Positions 11,690 to 25,652 of a DNA stretch of 64,000 nucleotides are shown one piece after another. How positions within the stretch are numbered: position 1 is the first letter of the stretch; every line of letters begins with the position of its first letter. The position numbers and the translations under genes were made by a program. The notes beneath the pieces were generated by a model. That model worked only from the letters and a program-made list of their open reading frames with translations. It did no database searches and was not told where the DNA came from. This DNA comes from Marsupella aquatica (Eukaryota > Plantae > Marchantiophyta), in assembly GCA_973895155.1 (NCBI GenBank), contig OZ316891.1, forward strand, positions 4,745,708 through 4,809,707, read 5' to 3'.

Positions 11690-12245
11690 TGAAGACCTTC
11701 CAAGTCTTATCAGGTTAGATGTTCATTCTTGCATGTGCCAACTTGCTTGGGCTTGTTGAAATATAAACTTGATCAGAACTTTTGGTTCACTTAATTGATA
11801 GCTTATGTGAAGCAACTATTTTGCATAGGCTGGGATGGTCTACGTTGCCCCACTTACATCATTATGGCGCTCTATTGGTCATGTTTGTGATCGATGATCA
11901 AAAGAGATCCTTTTGCTTTTGTGCCTGTCTCATTGCAGACAATGAATGTGCATGTTTATGCCGTTGCAAGTCCATATATTACGATCATGATCGTCCGCAA
12001 AAACAAGTATGATCGTCTGTGGCAAGAAAGAAATAACTTTGATTGCCCAGACCACTTGTGGATTCATTGGACCAACCAAAATGAGCAGAATGACATGAGA
12101 TTCACCAAATGATCCGGAGAACACTTAGCCAATGCAAACGTCTCACACACTTTAGAAAGAGCACTAAAGATGACCTTCGATTCCTCCTGAGTAATAAAAC
12201 GATTAAGACCTTCAGGATGAAGATGAGCCATACGATCATGGAGAG
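11690..12245 (-). mobile_element. Highly degenerate Ty1/Copia pol fragment (GAG-pre-integrase and integrase start)
   Basis: Minus-strand frames give LHDRMAHLHPEGL, KVCETFALAK, LVGPMNP, GLGNQSYFFLATDDHTCF and a DKTWK-like RT lead-in, with many frameshifts. Confidence 0.6.
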
Positions 12246-15200
12246 GTGAATGTCAGGCACTAAACAGGCGTGTAATAATTAGAACTATTAGGGCCCGAGG
12301 GTGTCAAGACCATCGACCTTCATGGCGGACGCGAATTTCTGGCCGATCAATCCTACATCTTGCTTGCTCGGTTCAAGACAAGAACCAGCAGACCATTGGC
12401 CAATTACGGGAAGGATCAAGCAGAATTTGATCGACAAAATGGTGTTACTACGCTCAAAACAACAACGAGCAGTGGCCTACTATGGGAAAGGATGAAGCAA
12501 AATTTGATCGACAAAATGGTGTTGGTGTTGGTGTTGCTGATAATGATACTGTGATGCAGGTCGTGAAGCACTTGCAGCAATTATAGTTAAGTGTCGGAAA
12601 CTTGTCCATTCTATCTACTGTAGGATCCATATTACCGCCACAGCAACCGTAAGTACGCGGTCAACCCCTGGGTTGACCAGAACTGTATAACCTCAACTTG
12701 CCCACCCAGTCAGTGTAGCCTGCGTCAGAATATCAAATCAATGATTTAAGTAACTGCTTACGTGGTTACTTTCACGGTTGAAATCAAATGATCGTTTCTG
12801 TTTTCCATTTTGGAACTGTTGCTGTCGTTCGTTCAATCACGTACCATTCCGCGATCTGATCTCGGACACCAAAGCTTGAATGAAGAAGGTAGATCAAAAC
12901 TCAAAAGAGTAGGGCAATCTATGGGCAGTAAATATAACTCCAAGATAATTCAAAAGATAACTCCGTGTAATTTGTACTCTATTTATCAGATTCACAGGTT
13001 CACATGAATTAGGAGGGGGTTCTTGCGCTATGGTGGTCCACAGCGATGGGTCTGCCGTTGGAGAGAATGATAAAGCTGATCCTCGACCACGTTTTCTTTA
13101 CAGTCATAGCAGGCCGGACTTGAAGAATCATTGTTGCCTAGACGGAACACCCTGTAAGATCTACTGAAGAAACTCTTCTCCTTCATGGTGAGCAGCAACT
13201 CGCTCGATCTGGCTGTCTCCATGGAAAGCTATCCATGCAAGGTTACCAAACCAATTATTTAATGTCCCTCTTCCTTAGCAGCAGCACTTTCCCCGAAGTA
13301 GCATCGTAAATCCTTCTCTTGGGTAGAGGACAAACCCCGGACTTTAACTCCAAGGTAAATAAACAGGAATACTCCATTTCCCGCTGCATTTTCGTCTTAT
13401 TGCCCAAATCACGCCGAACCGTATTCGGGTTTTAGCACCAATTCAACTGGGTCTCGACGGGCTTACCGGAGCAGCTATTGCCATCCCGAGTTTTCAACTA
13501 CCTTTTCAGCCGAAGCGTTAATTGATTTGTATCCCTCTTCCAATAGTACCAATATTGTTTGTCTGAGTTGACTGGAGACGTACTGGGGTCTCCTTTTTCC
13601 AATCGAGCGGAGTGAAACATTATATAGGGGCTAGATATGTTCTGCTTGCTATAATCTAAAAAAGCTTTCAAGATGACGAGTTCCTCTTCCTCTCGTGAGT
13701 GTAGGACCTGTCTTTGCGCTTCTATGCTTCTCTAAGCTACAGCTTTGGTTTCACTTCGTTTCGTTCCCAGAAAGAATGGAAATTAAGGACAGAAACCTGA
13801 CCCAAGCTTGTATAGTCTGAACTACATCCGTTGCTATCCGCTTGTCTCTGTCTAAAGCAAGCGGATCGCATCTTCATGGAAGACGCGTTCCATAATCCCT
13901 GCTGCTGAGCAAAACCCGACAAAGACTTCGAGAAGCTCGCGAGTTCCAAACCGCTAAGTAACCCTGACATTGACGACAACATGGAGGGAGCGATGGGGGG
14001 AGCGATCATTGCGAGACTTCCCTGTGCGCGCCAGATTGCCAAATATTCAATCAACAAAGTTTCCCATACGGTCCGGCCCACGCGATTGCGCTCCTCTAAA
14101 GCAAACGGAATATACAATTTATGAAGGAGTGGCGTGCAGTGAAGATTACAGCCATTGAACTAATCAAAAGGTCATGATGCATTACTCTCAAACCAAATTT
14201 GTATGTTTTCCAATATTAAAGCCTCGATCCTCCCGAACTTCTTTCTGTAGACAGATGTGGTGAAATCTGGATGGATCGGCGAAATGGGTCCATCCACGTG
14301 AAGCACTTGAAGCTTGAAATTACTTTCTGACTTGATCCCAATCAGTCCAAGTCTAGGATCTCCAGCGAAGCACACGTTTAAGAAAAGCTATGCATGTTCA
14401 TCTGGGGTCATCACTCCGCGAATTGAGGTGCCCAGGACCCTAAATTGAAACTCTGGAGTCAAGAGATCCCCTTGCCATTCTAGACCTCAGTTGAGTCTTG
14501 TAGTTCCGAATGGCCCGGGGAAGATTCGGTAGCCATCCCAAAATCATGGATCACGACATATCGTGTAGAATTAAAATGACGTTAAACAATGTAGAAGTTG
14601 TTGTAAAACCTTCTTCGATCTAGGCCACGCGAGTACTGCCGTAGAAATTGCAACACAACAATCCTCGAGAAAAGGATCCATTATGCACTATACATCTTGC
14701 AACAAGAGATATTTTCGCGCCGATAAGCTCGTGATCGAACAGGGATTAGAAAGTTTTGCTAAGAAAACTCGAGTGACGCAGTTTTTGCGTATATTATGTA
14801 CATTCTGAACTGACTACCCCAACGGCACTTTTTGTATGCTGGCACAACAACGAACTTTTGCAACCCTTTGCAGTTGCCAATTTGCCACCTGCGAGAAATT
14901 CCAATTTCCATATCCCCACTGTAAGCACCTTTTTCTTTTTGGCTCCCTTTGCAGTTGCCAACTTGCCACTTGCGAGAAATTTTCAATTTTTCCATCCATC
15001 CCCAGTGTAAGCCCTTTTTTTTTGTGCCGTGAATACCCAAAGCTGACGCATCCAAGAGGATAGACAATCAACTCGAGAGAGTGCACCTCTCGAGGGTAAT
15101 CCACAAGGGGGGCACCTCTCTAGCCTCTAGGGTAATCCACAAGGGGGGTCATACAGATGACCAGGGGGGAGAGAGAGGGTTGGACCAAAGCCCCAAAGTG

Positions 15201-17867
15201 GACCAGTCAGGGGCTGAGCAGAAAACCAGGACTCCCACACTTATACCCCACCAACACAGTCACACACTCACCCTCCCAACCCTTGCATGTGGAGGAGGGA
15301 ACCTGTGAAATAAACTAAACCTCAGCGCAGTTAGTGCTACTCAGACTAATTCGAGTGTGTGGAGAGCATACATTTTGGGGCTCTACATATAAATTAGTGT
15401 AACTTTGGTCTCAAGAGTGGAAAAATAAATTCATAAATATAAATATAAATAAAAACCTGCCAAATTTGAAAGACAAAACAAAAAAACAAAAAAGTGGAAA
15501 AATAAACTGAATTTTATTTCTTCTAAAAATTAAGTGTAATTACGTAAATAGTGGACAAATTAAGCTCATCAAAAGTGGAAACTACATGATTGGATACTTG
15601 CAAGTTCCCCAGAATTCTACCCCTCCTTGGCCACCCTAACCTTCCATTGACCCATTTTCTTTCTTTCTTCCCCAAACCTAGCTTGTTCTTTTTCTTTTTG
15701 ATGAGGATGAACTTGTCATCTAAAAATGTGGGGCATCTATTCTCTTCAAACTTATGTAATAAGCAGGTCATCAAGCTGGGTAGCAAAGTGAAAGATCTTA
15801 GCTTAGACACGCTTGAGATGACAATATTATAGCACAAAAACTCTTTTGTTACATCTTAGTACATCTCCAACATATCCTAGTAGCACAAAAAAACATCATG
15901 AGAACCAATTAAAATGGACAAGTGACAAATCTAAAGTGCACACAGTCACTATTAATTATCAACATTTGATCTCATTCATCAATCTAAGAACTCTGACAAC
16001 ATGCATTATTTGCATTATTTCTTGTGACTGATGTGCAAGACTGCAAGAGTGTCCACTGTCCTTTTTGTTGGCCAGTGATGGATCAAACGCATCAATTAAT
16101 CAGATACAGTGGCAAGAGTTACTTGTGGTTGTTTACAAATTAATTATATTTAAAGTTAATTTACTTTGATTTCAGAGTAAATAAAGCATATTGCTACAAA
16201 AGATTTTTTCCCTCAGTCATTCTTTGTTAATGAGAATGTCCATTTTAATTTTTCTTACATTTTTTTCATTCTTGGGTCTCATTGTTTTTGTTGGTGTTGC
16301 AACAAGAAGAAATTACAGTCATGTTTGTTTTTCACTGCAAACATTATAGCTCATGTGTGTGGCAAAAACCACTGACATTGCACAACCATAGGCCAGCACT
16401 GGACTTGTCATGGGGTTTGTAATCATGATCATAAGAATTGTAGATTTTTAGCCTGGTTGGCATGCAAAACAATTTCCAAGCTGCTGCTAACCAGCCCAAG
16501 AAGATTCAATTGTGCGCACTAGATAGAAATGGAGATCTTGAAGGTCAAACTTTATTGTGGAAACCTAGTTTTTGGAAATGAGAAGGGTGCCACAGACATA
16601 TGGGAGGTCAAACTTAGTTTAATGTGAAAGGTTTTGATGTTTTTGGAAAATAATGAGAAGGGTCTTGATGAGTGAAGGTGTAAAAGGGTTTACACCATGG
16701 CCAGGGTTTGCATGGTTCAAATCACAGGATCATGTTACTCTATGTTAGTTAAGCCAACCCATGTGCATGCATAATGGAGGGCGACCTGATACTTATTTAT
16801 TGTTAAGCTTTTAAGTACATTGCTACCAAAGATTTTGAATTTACTATACTCCCACTGTTTTTGTATTTACAAATATGTCAGTGACAGTTTTTGTATATAG
16901 TTTCCGAGATAGTTCCCCTGGCTACGTTGGTGAACTTGTCATCCATATACAAAACCAAGGCATATTTGTAACTAAAATAGAAAAAAAAACTATGGCAGAA
17001 TTGTCAATTAGAACATTGTTAGTGGCAAATTAAAGTACATTAAAGCTGTATTTTTGTTTTGGGGACAAATTAATAATGTTGACCAGTTTGATGGATACAA
17101 AGGCAATTTCATTTTAATTTAATGGATGGGAAAGTTGTTGAGATGACCAATTCTAGATTCTTAAATGAATCCAAGGCTCCTCGTGACCTCCTCATGGGCA
17201 GCCCTTGGGAGAGTCAGAAGAAGCCAATTTTCTAATGGAACACAATTACAACGCGCCTGACCATAATACTTTTTGACTGAACAAATTCTCTCCTCCTAGC
17301 TGGTTGGAATCGAGGTTGGAATTTTTATTTTCCATCATCCAAAGTACTCCACCGTGGCTCCCCTATCCTGCATATACGCCTCATGTACACCAATCAGAGA
17401 CTGATCACAGATTGTGAGGTCCCACTATGCAACTTCACTTTGTTCAGTCAGCCAATATTCACTCATGAATGTTCCTTAGCTCAAGCCAAACATATACTCA
17501 ATCAACAATTATTCATTCGCGAATCTTACTCTGGCCAAGCCAATGCTTAAAACTTGATCTACATATTTGAATAATTTCTTGCCACGTTGCTGAAGTTGTC
17601 GTCAACATGCTAATTTGTTTTCTACTCCTTTGTTTTTTTGTACGTATAACAAGGGGTAAATATGGGCTCCAGGGATTCTGTTCACAGGTAGGGTCCGTTA
17701 GTATACATATAATGGGGGCAAGGGGCGTGAAATTTAAGAAAGATTCCCTATCATTGCATACATTCATTTAAATTTGACAGAAAAGCTTAAATTACACATT
17801 CACTAGAGCTTGTAGGCCAGCTTGTAGGACTTTTGAAATTGCCTGCATAATTATTTCCATGGGCAGA

Positions 17868-20106
17868 CTAGTTTGCGATCCAAACAAATGTTGGACACAT
17901 TGGGGCCGGGGGAGGCGCGGGGGCGGGGGCGGGGGCGGGGGGCAGGTTAGGTGTGCCTAAATGTTGAGCAATGGTCCGCTCAAAGACAGCATGCACAATC
18001 ATGTGACACATCCAACAAGTAGTCGGCACAAGAGATGTGTGTTTCACCACTCTAGAGCTATATTCACACCCGTATTCACACATGCATGCCCGAACATATG
18101 TACTAGAGCTTTATTCACACATGCCCGACAATCAAGTATCACTTACAACACAAGTTCTCTCTATCTATCTTATAGCTCTCTCACAAGAAGCTTAAGATCC
18201 TTTTGACCACCATCTAACTCCTACTTGTGAATATGCTAAGCAACATATCGAACCTTGACCAAATGGTACCATCCTACTACAGTTAGACTAACTATAGGTA
18301 CATAATCTGAACTTTAGACCCAAGAGGTACAAATATCTAAGTAACACTCTAGAGCTGCTAGTAGATCCGACTCTTTCTAGCAGTGATAATTACAAATGTA
18401 GTCATAGTTGCAAATATAGTCAGGTTGAATGTGCTTTTGTATATAACAAAGTGGTGGTTATACACTTTTTTAGGGGACTCCTCTTTCAAATGGCTATATT
18501 GAACTTTCTAGCCACATGGAGTCCCATAAATACACTAGATGTTCTTATATCTTATATCTCCTTACACAAAGACCTCAAAACAATGATGAGTTGGACACAA
18601 TCTACAATTTCTTGCAAAGTTGGAACTAAAGCCATTCTACTAAGGCAAAGGGTGCTTCCTCATCATCCAATCACTGGTGCAAGGGGCAACGTGCCTGGGG
18701 TGGGGATTGGGTGTGGTAGGGTATGGTGTGGTGTGGAGGGGAAATGGAGAAGACAGATGGGGAGTGGGTTTAGAGGGCAGTTTGTTTGCTGAAATTTGTT
18801 TTTCTTTTAGACTTTTTTTGTTTTGGAGGGGTGGGGATGCGGGACCGGGCTATGTTTGGCTGATTGGTTTGGTCTGCACCAACCATATATTTTCAAAAAC
18901 TCTCTGGCTGTTGTTGCTATTGCTACTCAACCCAGTCACCCCCATATGCACACTGGGATGCACGCGACCCTCCTATCCAGTGCTTGGACCTACCAGGCTC
19001 CATCCAACCTTTGTGCCTGACCTCCTGCCCCAAACCAGAAGGCCAACACCCGACTCACCTCCCCACTTGCATGAGTGCATGCCTTGAGTTCTCTTTGGAC
19101 TATTCTCACCATATTGCATGCTGGTGTCAATTTTTCTCACTGTTTGCCCAATTTCTTAGTTACCTCCTCCCCACCCATGCAAGGTTAGTCCTTCTTTCTT
19201 TACTCCCCCCAACCCCAGTCTATCCTTGCAAATTTTGCCTCTTCTCCCTACCCACAACTTCTACCTTCGGTTTTCATATCCTTCCCATCCACATAGCTTC
19301 TGCTGCTCCTCCCTGTGACTCGTGTCTCTCATCCCTACCTGCAACTCAATCATTCGACTAATATCCCTTTGGTGTGTAATCTTCCACTTTGACCAGCTTC
19401 TGCAACTTTTGCAACAAAAACAGGAACAACAATAACACATTTGGAACAAAAAACAGTTTACCAGGCCATAGCAATCATAGATTCTTACAGTCATAAGCTT
19501 AGATGGATTTCCATCCAAATCTTTACGTTTGGATGAGGTCCAGAAATTAACACTCTTTGTGTATATGTAAAGCTTGTAGAGTTTGTTTTCTCTAAACTTA
19601 TGTCTTTGTAAGTAACTAGATGTAGAGTTTGTTTTATCTGAATCTGTCTTCGTAGCTAATTGCGCTTTCCCTATATCCCATGCAAGCTTAGTGATTTGAG
19701 GTGAATTTATACAAGCCCATTCCTTGAACATAGACACAGATGAGATGCGCATGCTGCAACTAAAGGCGCTGAAAGGCGCTCCGCTTAAAGGCTTAAAGGG
19801 GCTCCGCTCCGCCGAAACCAAAAAACTTGCCAGAAAAGGGAACCATGCTATTTCACATTCAACTTTGCCCCATCCCCCTCTTTGTGTGCACCCTCACTTT
19901 CAATCATGCCCTTTATGTGCACCCTCACTTTCAATAATGCCCTAGGTTAGAGTCATGGACTAGTTAGAGGCTTCACTCTAGACAGTAGATCAGGTAGACA
20001 CCCTCAATTTCAGTTATGCCCTTAGTTAGAGTCAGGGTCTAGAGGTTTCACTCTAGCCAGGTCCGCCAAGGAGTAGCTTGCAATTGCACTTATATAATTA
20101 TAGAGA
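17868..20106 (-). mobile_element. Non-autonomous Helitron
   Basis: On the minus strand the 5' end reads A|TCTCTATAATTATATAAG at 20106. The 3' end has the hairpin TCCAACA-TT-TGTTTGGA (17879-17895) followed by CTAG|T at 17868-17871. Inserted in AT with no TSD. Confidence 0.6.
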
Positions 20107-22174
20107 TTTAAAAGACAAAGATTTTCGCAAAAGTCAGTGGATAAAGTTAATGGATATTTATTAGTGAAGATATTCACATGAAACAACTGACAATCTACTG
20201 CATCTACCAAGTGCATCTTCTAAGTGCAGATTCCTTTGAAGGTGGAGAAGGATTGGTCCTTGGTCTTTGCAAGAAGGTAGAATGAGAGGAAAGGTATGCA
20301 GTGTCATTGGCCCCTGCCTCTTGGGAGATCCATGGGTGGAGGATCCTAGCTAGGAATCCTCGCCCACAGAGAGTCAATTCATCTGTTGTCCTCCTTAAGC
20401 CGCGTGCCCAGTCTACACCACGCAAATTCTCCCCACCATCGCCAAAACTTGAGGTCCATTACTGTACTTAAACAAGCTCCAACGACTGTCGTGGTGACTT
20501 GACATCAGGTGGGAGATTGTGTGACCTCAGACTGTCCGCGCGACCAAATGGTGATGACTTCGACTTCTAGACGAACTCTACTGTAGTTCACCAGTCATTT
20601 GGCCAACTGCAGCTCTCCAGTGGTGCAGCAGAATTGCCAGACACAAGTATCGACCAAAGTATTGCGAAGAGTGTCGAGCAGGAAGCTAGACGGAGTCTGG
20701 ACGTGTAATAATGCGGTGAGGTGTGTTGCATCACGAAACTTGATGAGCTTCACGCAATTGGGTTTTTTCAACTGTCGTTGTTTTCTGCATCTGTGCGTTT
20801 GTAATTGTGACTTTGGGAATTGGTCAAATTGGAGAATTTGAAGATTGGTGAATCGGTGTCGATATTGTAGCCAGTGATTGAGATCTCTATTCACAGGTTT
20901 GGAAACGTCCTATGCTCAAAGCATTCAGTGATTCTCTCTGTTTCAAGTCAGTCAATTGGTCTAGGTGTCCTGAAGCACTGAAGTACTGGCCGTGGTTCAG
21001 TCAATCAGGCTCGGTATTCAATTAGTGACCCAGCAATCTGAATTCTGGTGTGGTACCAATGGAGAATCGTTGACCGGTAGTCATGTTTGGCATCATTGAA
21101 TGAGCTCCTGCGTTTGAGATCGATGTATTATTCACTCTTAATCAAATGGGTCGTCGCGTTTTCAACAAGTGAATCAGTCTCCTACCTCTGACAGCGTTAG
21201 CAAATGTGGACCAGGGAATCTGTTTTATATTGGAAAGAAGGGAATTAGTCTTTGTGTTAACTCGGTGGATCAATAGCCATCTTTTAAACTAATGAATCCG
21301 TCTTGTCATATTTTATACCAGCGAATTAGTCTTCAGGAACAAGAACTGTAAGCTTTTGTGAGTTGGTGATTAGGTCAATCGGTACACACTTTCAAGTCAA
21401 TAATGAGCCTGCATGGCTCCAATCTTCAGTCTTATTGAGACCTGTGTCAGTCGATGTATTTCAAAGAAATGAATAAGTTTAGGCAATTGTGATTGACTAA
21501 TAATCGGTGCATTGGGTAATTGCGTCTTCGGATTCTCTATACTTCGATCAGTCCACCACGAACCCTAAGCTATGTGGTCCTTTCAGCCTTTTACAGTGTA
21601 ACTGGCTGGGTGTTGAATTGGAGAGCGGATCTATATGAACAAATAGGACAAATTATTACTGTTATGAGACAAGAAGAATTGGATTCTTTGGCCCTAAAGT
21701 AAAGACAACTCCCGGATTTTGCTCTAGAGTAAATGGGTTTGTGCATGCCAAATGAGTGAATCATTCTTCTGAAATCTAAACAAGATGCTCACTATAGTTT
21801 TGGGACATGGATTGCCCACAAAAAGATTGTCGTGGTGGATTGGAAGTTTACATGAATTGTGTCCAGAGAAGAACCCCAATCTTGGCCTAGACAGAGAATA
21901 GGGACTGGTATTGCAATTCTTGTCTACCCCGACTCTGATTTGCAAATGATCGAGCCTTTCGTCAACTTGTTTTGGCAACAGGTTCATAGTTTTCTACTCA
22001 GCCTGCATTTCTGTATTGTGTGCGATCGTGAAGACTGGACCGTGGCTTCTTTCTCAGCACTGTTGTCTCTCATCATTGGGCAGATTCTCTGCGCGTTGAC
22101 GACCGCTGCAAATTCTCCGGTGCATTGACACAGAATCAGCACCGCCACATTTGACATACTCCTGCATCTTACTT

Positions 22175-25100
22175 ATGATCATTTGTGGTGGACTGCGGGC
22201 AATAGATCAGGCAGCAGGTACAAAATTTACAGCTCTGTTATCTCTCATTTCTTCGTCATTTGGGCCCCACCGTTGTTATTTCTGTATCTTTCATTTCTTT
22301 TTTGAATATTTTGAGCTGGTTGGGAAATTTCTTTCCTAAGAATGATTGAGTGCCTCTAACGATTTGTTCACGCGATGTGGGCTTTGTGGTTTAATTCTTC
22401 TCATGATCTGCTAATTTCAGAAGAGAAGAATGTACAAATCATGCTTGGCCTGGCTATAAGGGTAGATAGCAGATCGTTGAACTTCCATTCGGTGTATTCT
22501 TGGCAGGAATGCGCGCAAGGTGTCTGTCTGGTTGGTTGCAACCGAAGAATCGCTTACCTCCAGCTGCGCGTCTCTTCAGAAAGAATGGTTACGCTCAGGC
22601 AACAGAGACTGAACCAATAGTAGGTACTTACTCTGTCCAGAGAACAGAGGTCTTACCAGACGCAGCTCCACCTCGTCTAGAGGATCTCGACAACCTTCTC
22701 AAGTTTGTAGAAGATAGGTGAGTCGAAGTTCTTGGGGACTGCCCACCTTTGTGAAGTTCTTTTATGCACGACGCTGAACAACTGGATGGATCGAAATTGT
22801 CTTGAAATTGTCTTCCAGTACCAGATCATGTTATGAACATGTTCCTTCATAGGTTTATAGAGGGCAATCAAGTTGTTGATGCACTTGCTTGAGTCTGAGC
22901 GTTGGTTTGCATCCTGTGAAATTCCGCAGGTTAGCAGTGAGTTTGACATGCGAAGATCTTTTTCAATATATATAACGCTTCATTTTGTTGTGGCAAGCAC
23001 AGCCGAAAATTGGTCGTTCTGACCGGAGCTGGAATCAGCACTGAGAGTGGGATTCCGGACTACAGAAGGTCTGAACCCTCATTTACAGCCTCACTTTGAT
23101 TGCTGCTCCGTCAGTGTAATAGACGTTTACTTTCAGTGTATTTCTGGTGGTCACGTTTGCGGTTGTGAGGATCATAATTTACTTGAAAGTTTTCCAAAAC
23201 GATTCTTGTTCTTTCTTTGCTTACTGTTGGGAAAATTTGTTTGGAAGGATGCAGTCCAAATGGAGCTTACAGCAGTGGGTATAAGCCCATCACTCACCAG
23301 GTTTTTACTCCCTCTTCGAACCCATTCTTTCTCAATGGGAGACGTGGTCTCCATAACCGTCTGTAGTTTGTGCTTTTCAGGCAAGTCAGGACATTGATAA
23401 GGCTGCAACATTAAAGGAAGAAGATGAAACGAACACCAAAGTCTGAACTGCAATTTTTTAGTCACTTTTTATGCCGCAAAAAGTTCAAAGTTCAGTCATC
23501 AATGAACCGGGCGTGGTGTCACTCAAGGGATCACCGTTCTTGACATGCAGGAATATATCAGGTCAGCGGCAACGCGACGCAGATACTGGGCTAGAAGCTA
23601 TGCAGGCTGGAGACGATTTACCTTGGCACAGCCCGGACCAACACACAAAGCTCTAGCAAAGTTGGGGGACAATGGTCGCATCATGGGCATGATAACCCAG
23701 AATGTTGATCGGTATGTCGTCAGTGAAGCATTCTGACTATATCACAGTTTGTACCTCAAGCTATCTTCTCAAATGTCAAGTCCAACATTCAGAGGAGAGA
23801 AACGACTTGACCTTTGTCCAGCATCAGTACAAAGCATGTGCCAAGATGGCCTTCTAATTATGTGTTTTCATTCTGAGAAAACTAGGAAAATCTCTACACT
23901 GCTGTAAAGAATTATACATTACATTACACGTATCATGATGATGACATGGAAGTAATTCAACCGAATTCTTTTGGTTTCTTGGCAGGCTGCATCACAGGGC
24001 AGGCAGCAATCCCATTGAGTTGCACGGAACAACGCACAGAGTAATATGTCTTGACTGTGGGCACGTAAGTGGAAGGCATGAGTTTCAAGAACGAGTCTGC
24101 GACTTGAACCCTCAGGTTGGTCCCTAAATCTGGCATGAGACTGGTCAGTGACTTTTAGATATTTTGAACTTAAATGCTTAATATGTCTTTGACCCACGAT
24201 ATAATCATTCCCCATCCTACGGGGGAGGAAGTTAATGGATCAACTTCCATCTCGCAAAGCTGTCATTGGTGAGCATCTCTCCAATAATTTGCTTTGACAT
24301 GGATGCAGGTATTGTAATCTCTTAGAATGAAGTAAAAATGATGTTTGTGAAGCTTGGCAGTGGGCACTTGCTATACAAATGCTGGGGAAAGGAGAGCCGG
24401 GTAGCAGTGCTAGCTTTGGAATGAAGCAGCGCCCCGATGGAGATGTAGAGATTGACAGCAAGTTTTTCCAAGAAGACTTTCAAGTCCCCGGCTGTGAGCA
24501 ATGCGGTGGCACCTTAAAACCCGATGTATATGACATCCCAGCTTCCTTTGGAACGTTCACGTTTGGATGGTAGTTGTTTGGAATATTCCACGACATTGAA
24601 CTAAAGTAGACCTGAAAACCCACTATATGATCCTTTCTTGTATGGAATTCCGTGTTTCACACAAGGATTATGGACTTTCAGGTGGTCTTTTTTGGGGATA
24701 ATGTACCCAAGGCTCGAGCAGAAGAAGCTATGACTATGGTTAAATCAAGTGATGCGGTCCTTGTGTTGGGATCGTCTCTGATGGTTATGTCAGCTTTCCG
24801 TCTAGTGAGGTATGATTGTAGTTCTAGCCGTACATTTTCTGTGTTATCAACTCTGCGCATGGACGATTCCCCTCCCCCCTCCTCTTCCATTCACACCTCC
24901 CCATCCTTCAGCCTGAAGCTTAAAACGATTTGAGGTAGCGATGGATGTATAATAGTTGAAAGTGTGGCTCGATTCCAATCAACACCAATGTCATATTGCA
25001 CATGAATTGAATGTAATTTGTTTTTCAGGACTGCAGTCGAACACGGGTCGAATGTTGCAATAGTTAATTTAGGTCCCACACGTGCTGATGACCTTGCGAC

Positions 25101-25652
25101 TATGAAGATTGAGTCCAGAAGTGGCGAGGTAACGTTCTTGACCTTGCTGTTCTCTTGTAGTTATCTGTTATTTCAGATGGCTCTTAAGAAGTTCAGTTTG
25201 GACGTTGTGTTTGTGGAGGTTGTAGTAGACACTACTGGGGTAGATTATAAGCTGGACCCAAAGATAGACTGATTGAACTCATTGCTTAGGTCATCTTGAC
25301 GGGAAACATAATCTGATGAGTCTTTCCTGAGCACCTTAGCCAGGAGAAGAGCTACAGTAGCCAGCGTCGTGTCCTACATGTATAGTGTGACGAAATTTAG
25401 CTCGTAAGGTAGCCCTCTCCATCTATTCTCCAAGTATCTCAAACATTCTTCTTGTGCCACGTTTGAGTTCTCTTCCTAGAGGTGACTGTCAACTGATATG
25501 TCTGATATGCCTGTGGAAAGTTTGTGAAATCTCATCACAAGTCTCCCAGTACCGTATGTTGAAGGATTTTTGATAAATTTATATTTTTCTGTTGACAGGT
25601 TCTGACCAGATTGCTGACAATGGGCTCCTTAGCAGTACCTCCAATAATTTAG
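22175..25652 (+). CDS. SRT2: NAD-dependent protein deacylase SRT2 (class II, SIRT4-like sirtuin)
   Basis: GT-AG exons: 22175-22217 (possible; otherwise start at ATG 22509), 22507-22717, 23003-23068 (LTGAGISTESGIPDYR), 23255-23300, 23551-23711 (RRRYWARSYAGW, ITQNVD), 23986-24115 (ELHG, CLDC), 24361-24525 (RPDGD, CEQCGGTLKPD), 24682-24809 (VVFFGDNVP, GSSLMV), 25029-25128 (VNLGPTRADD), 25599-25652. Confidence 0.95.

Noticed and set aside
13028-14400. Possible decayed LINE or gene on the minus strand (FIYLGVKV, CFAGDP fragments)
   Set aside because: Motifs are too short and scattered to assign without a search.
17100-17770. Possible MULE transposase remnant
   Set aside because: Only vague residue-level resemblance; no diagnostic motif.
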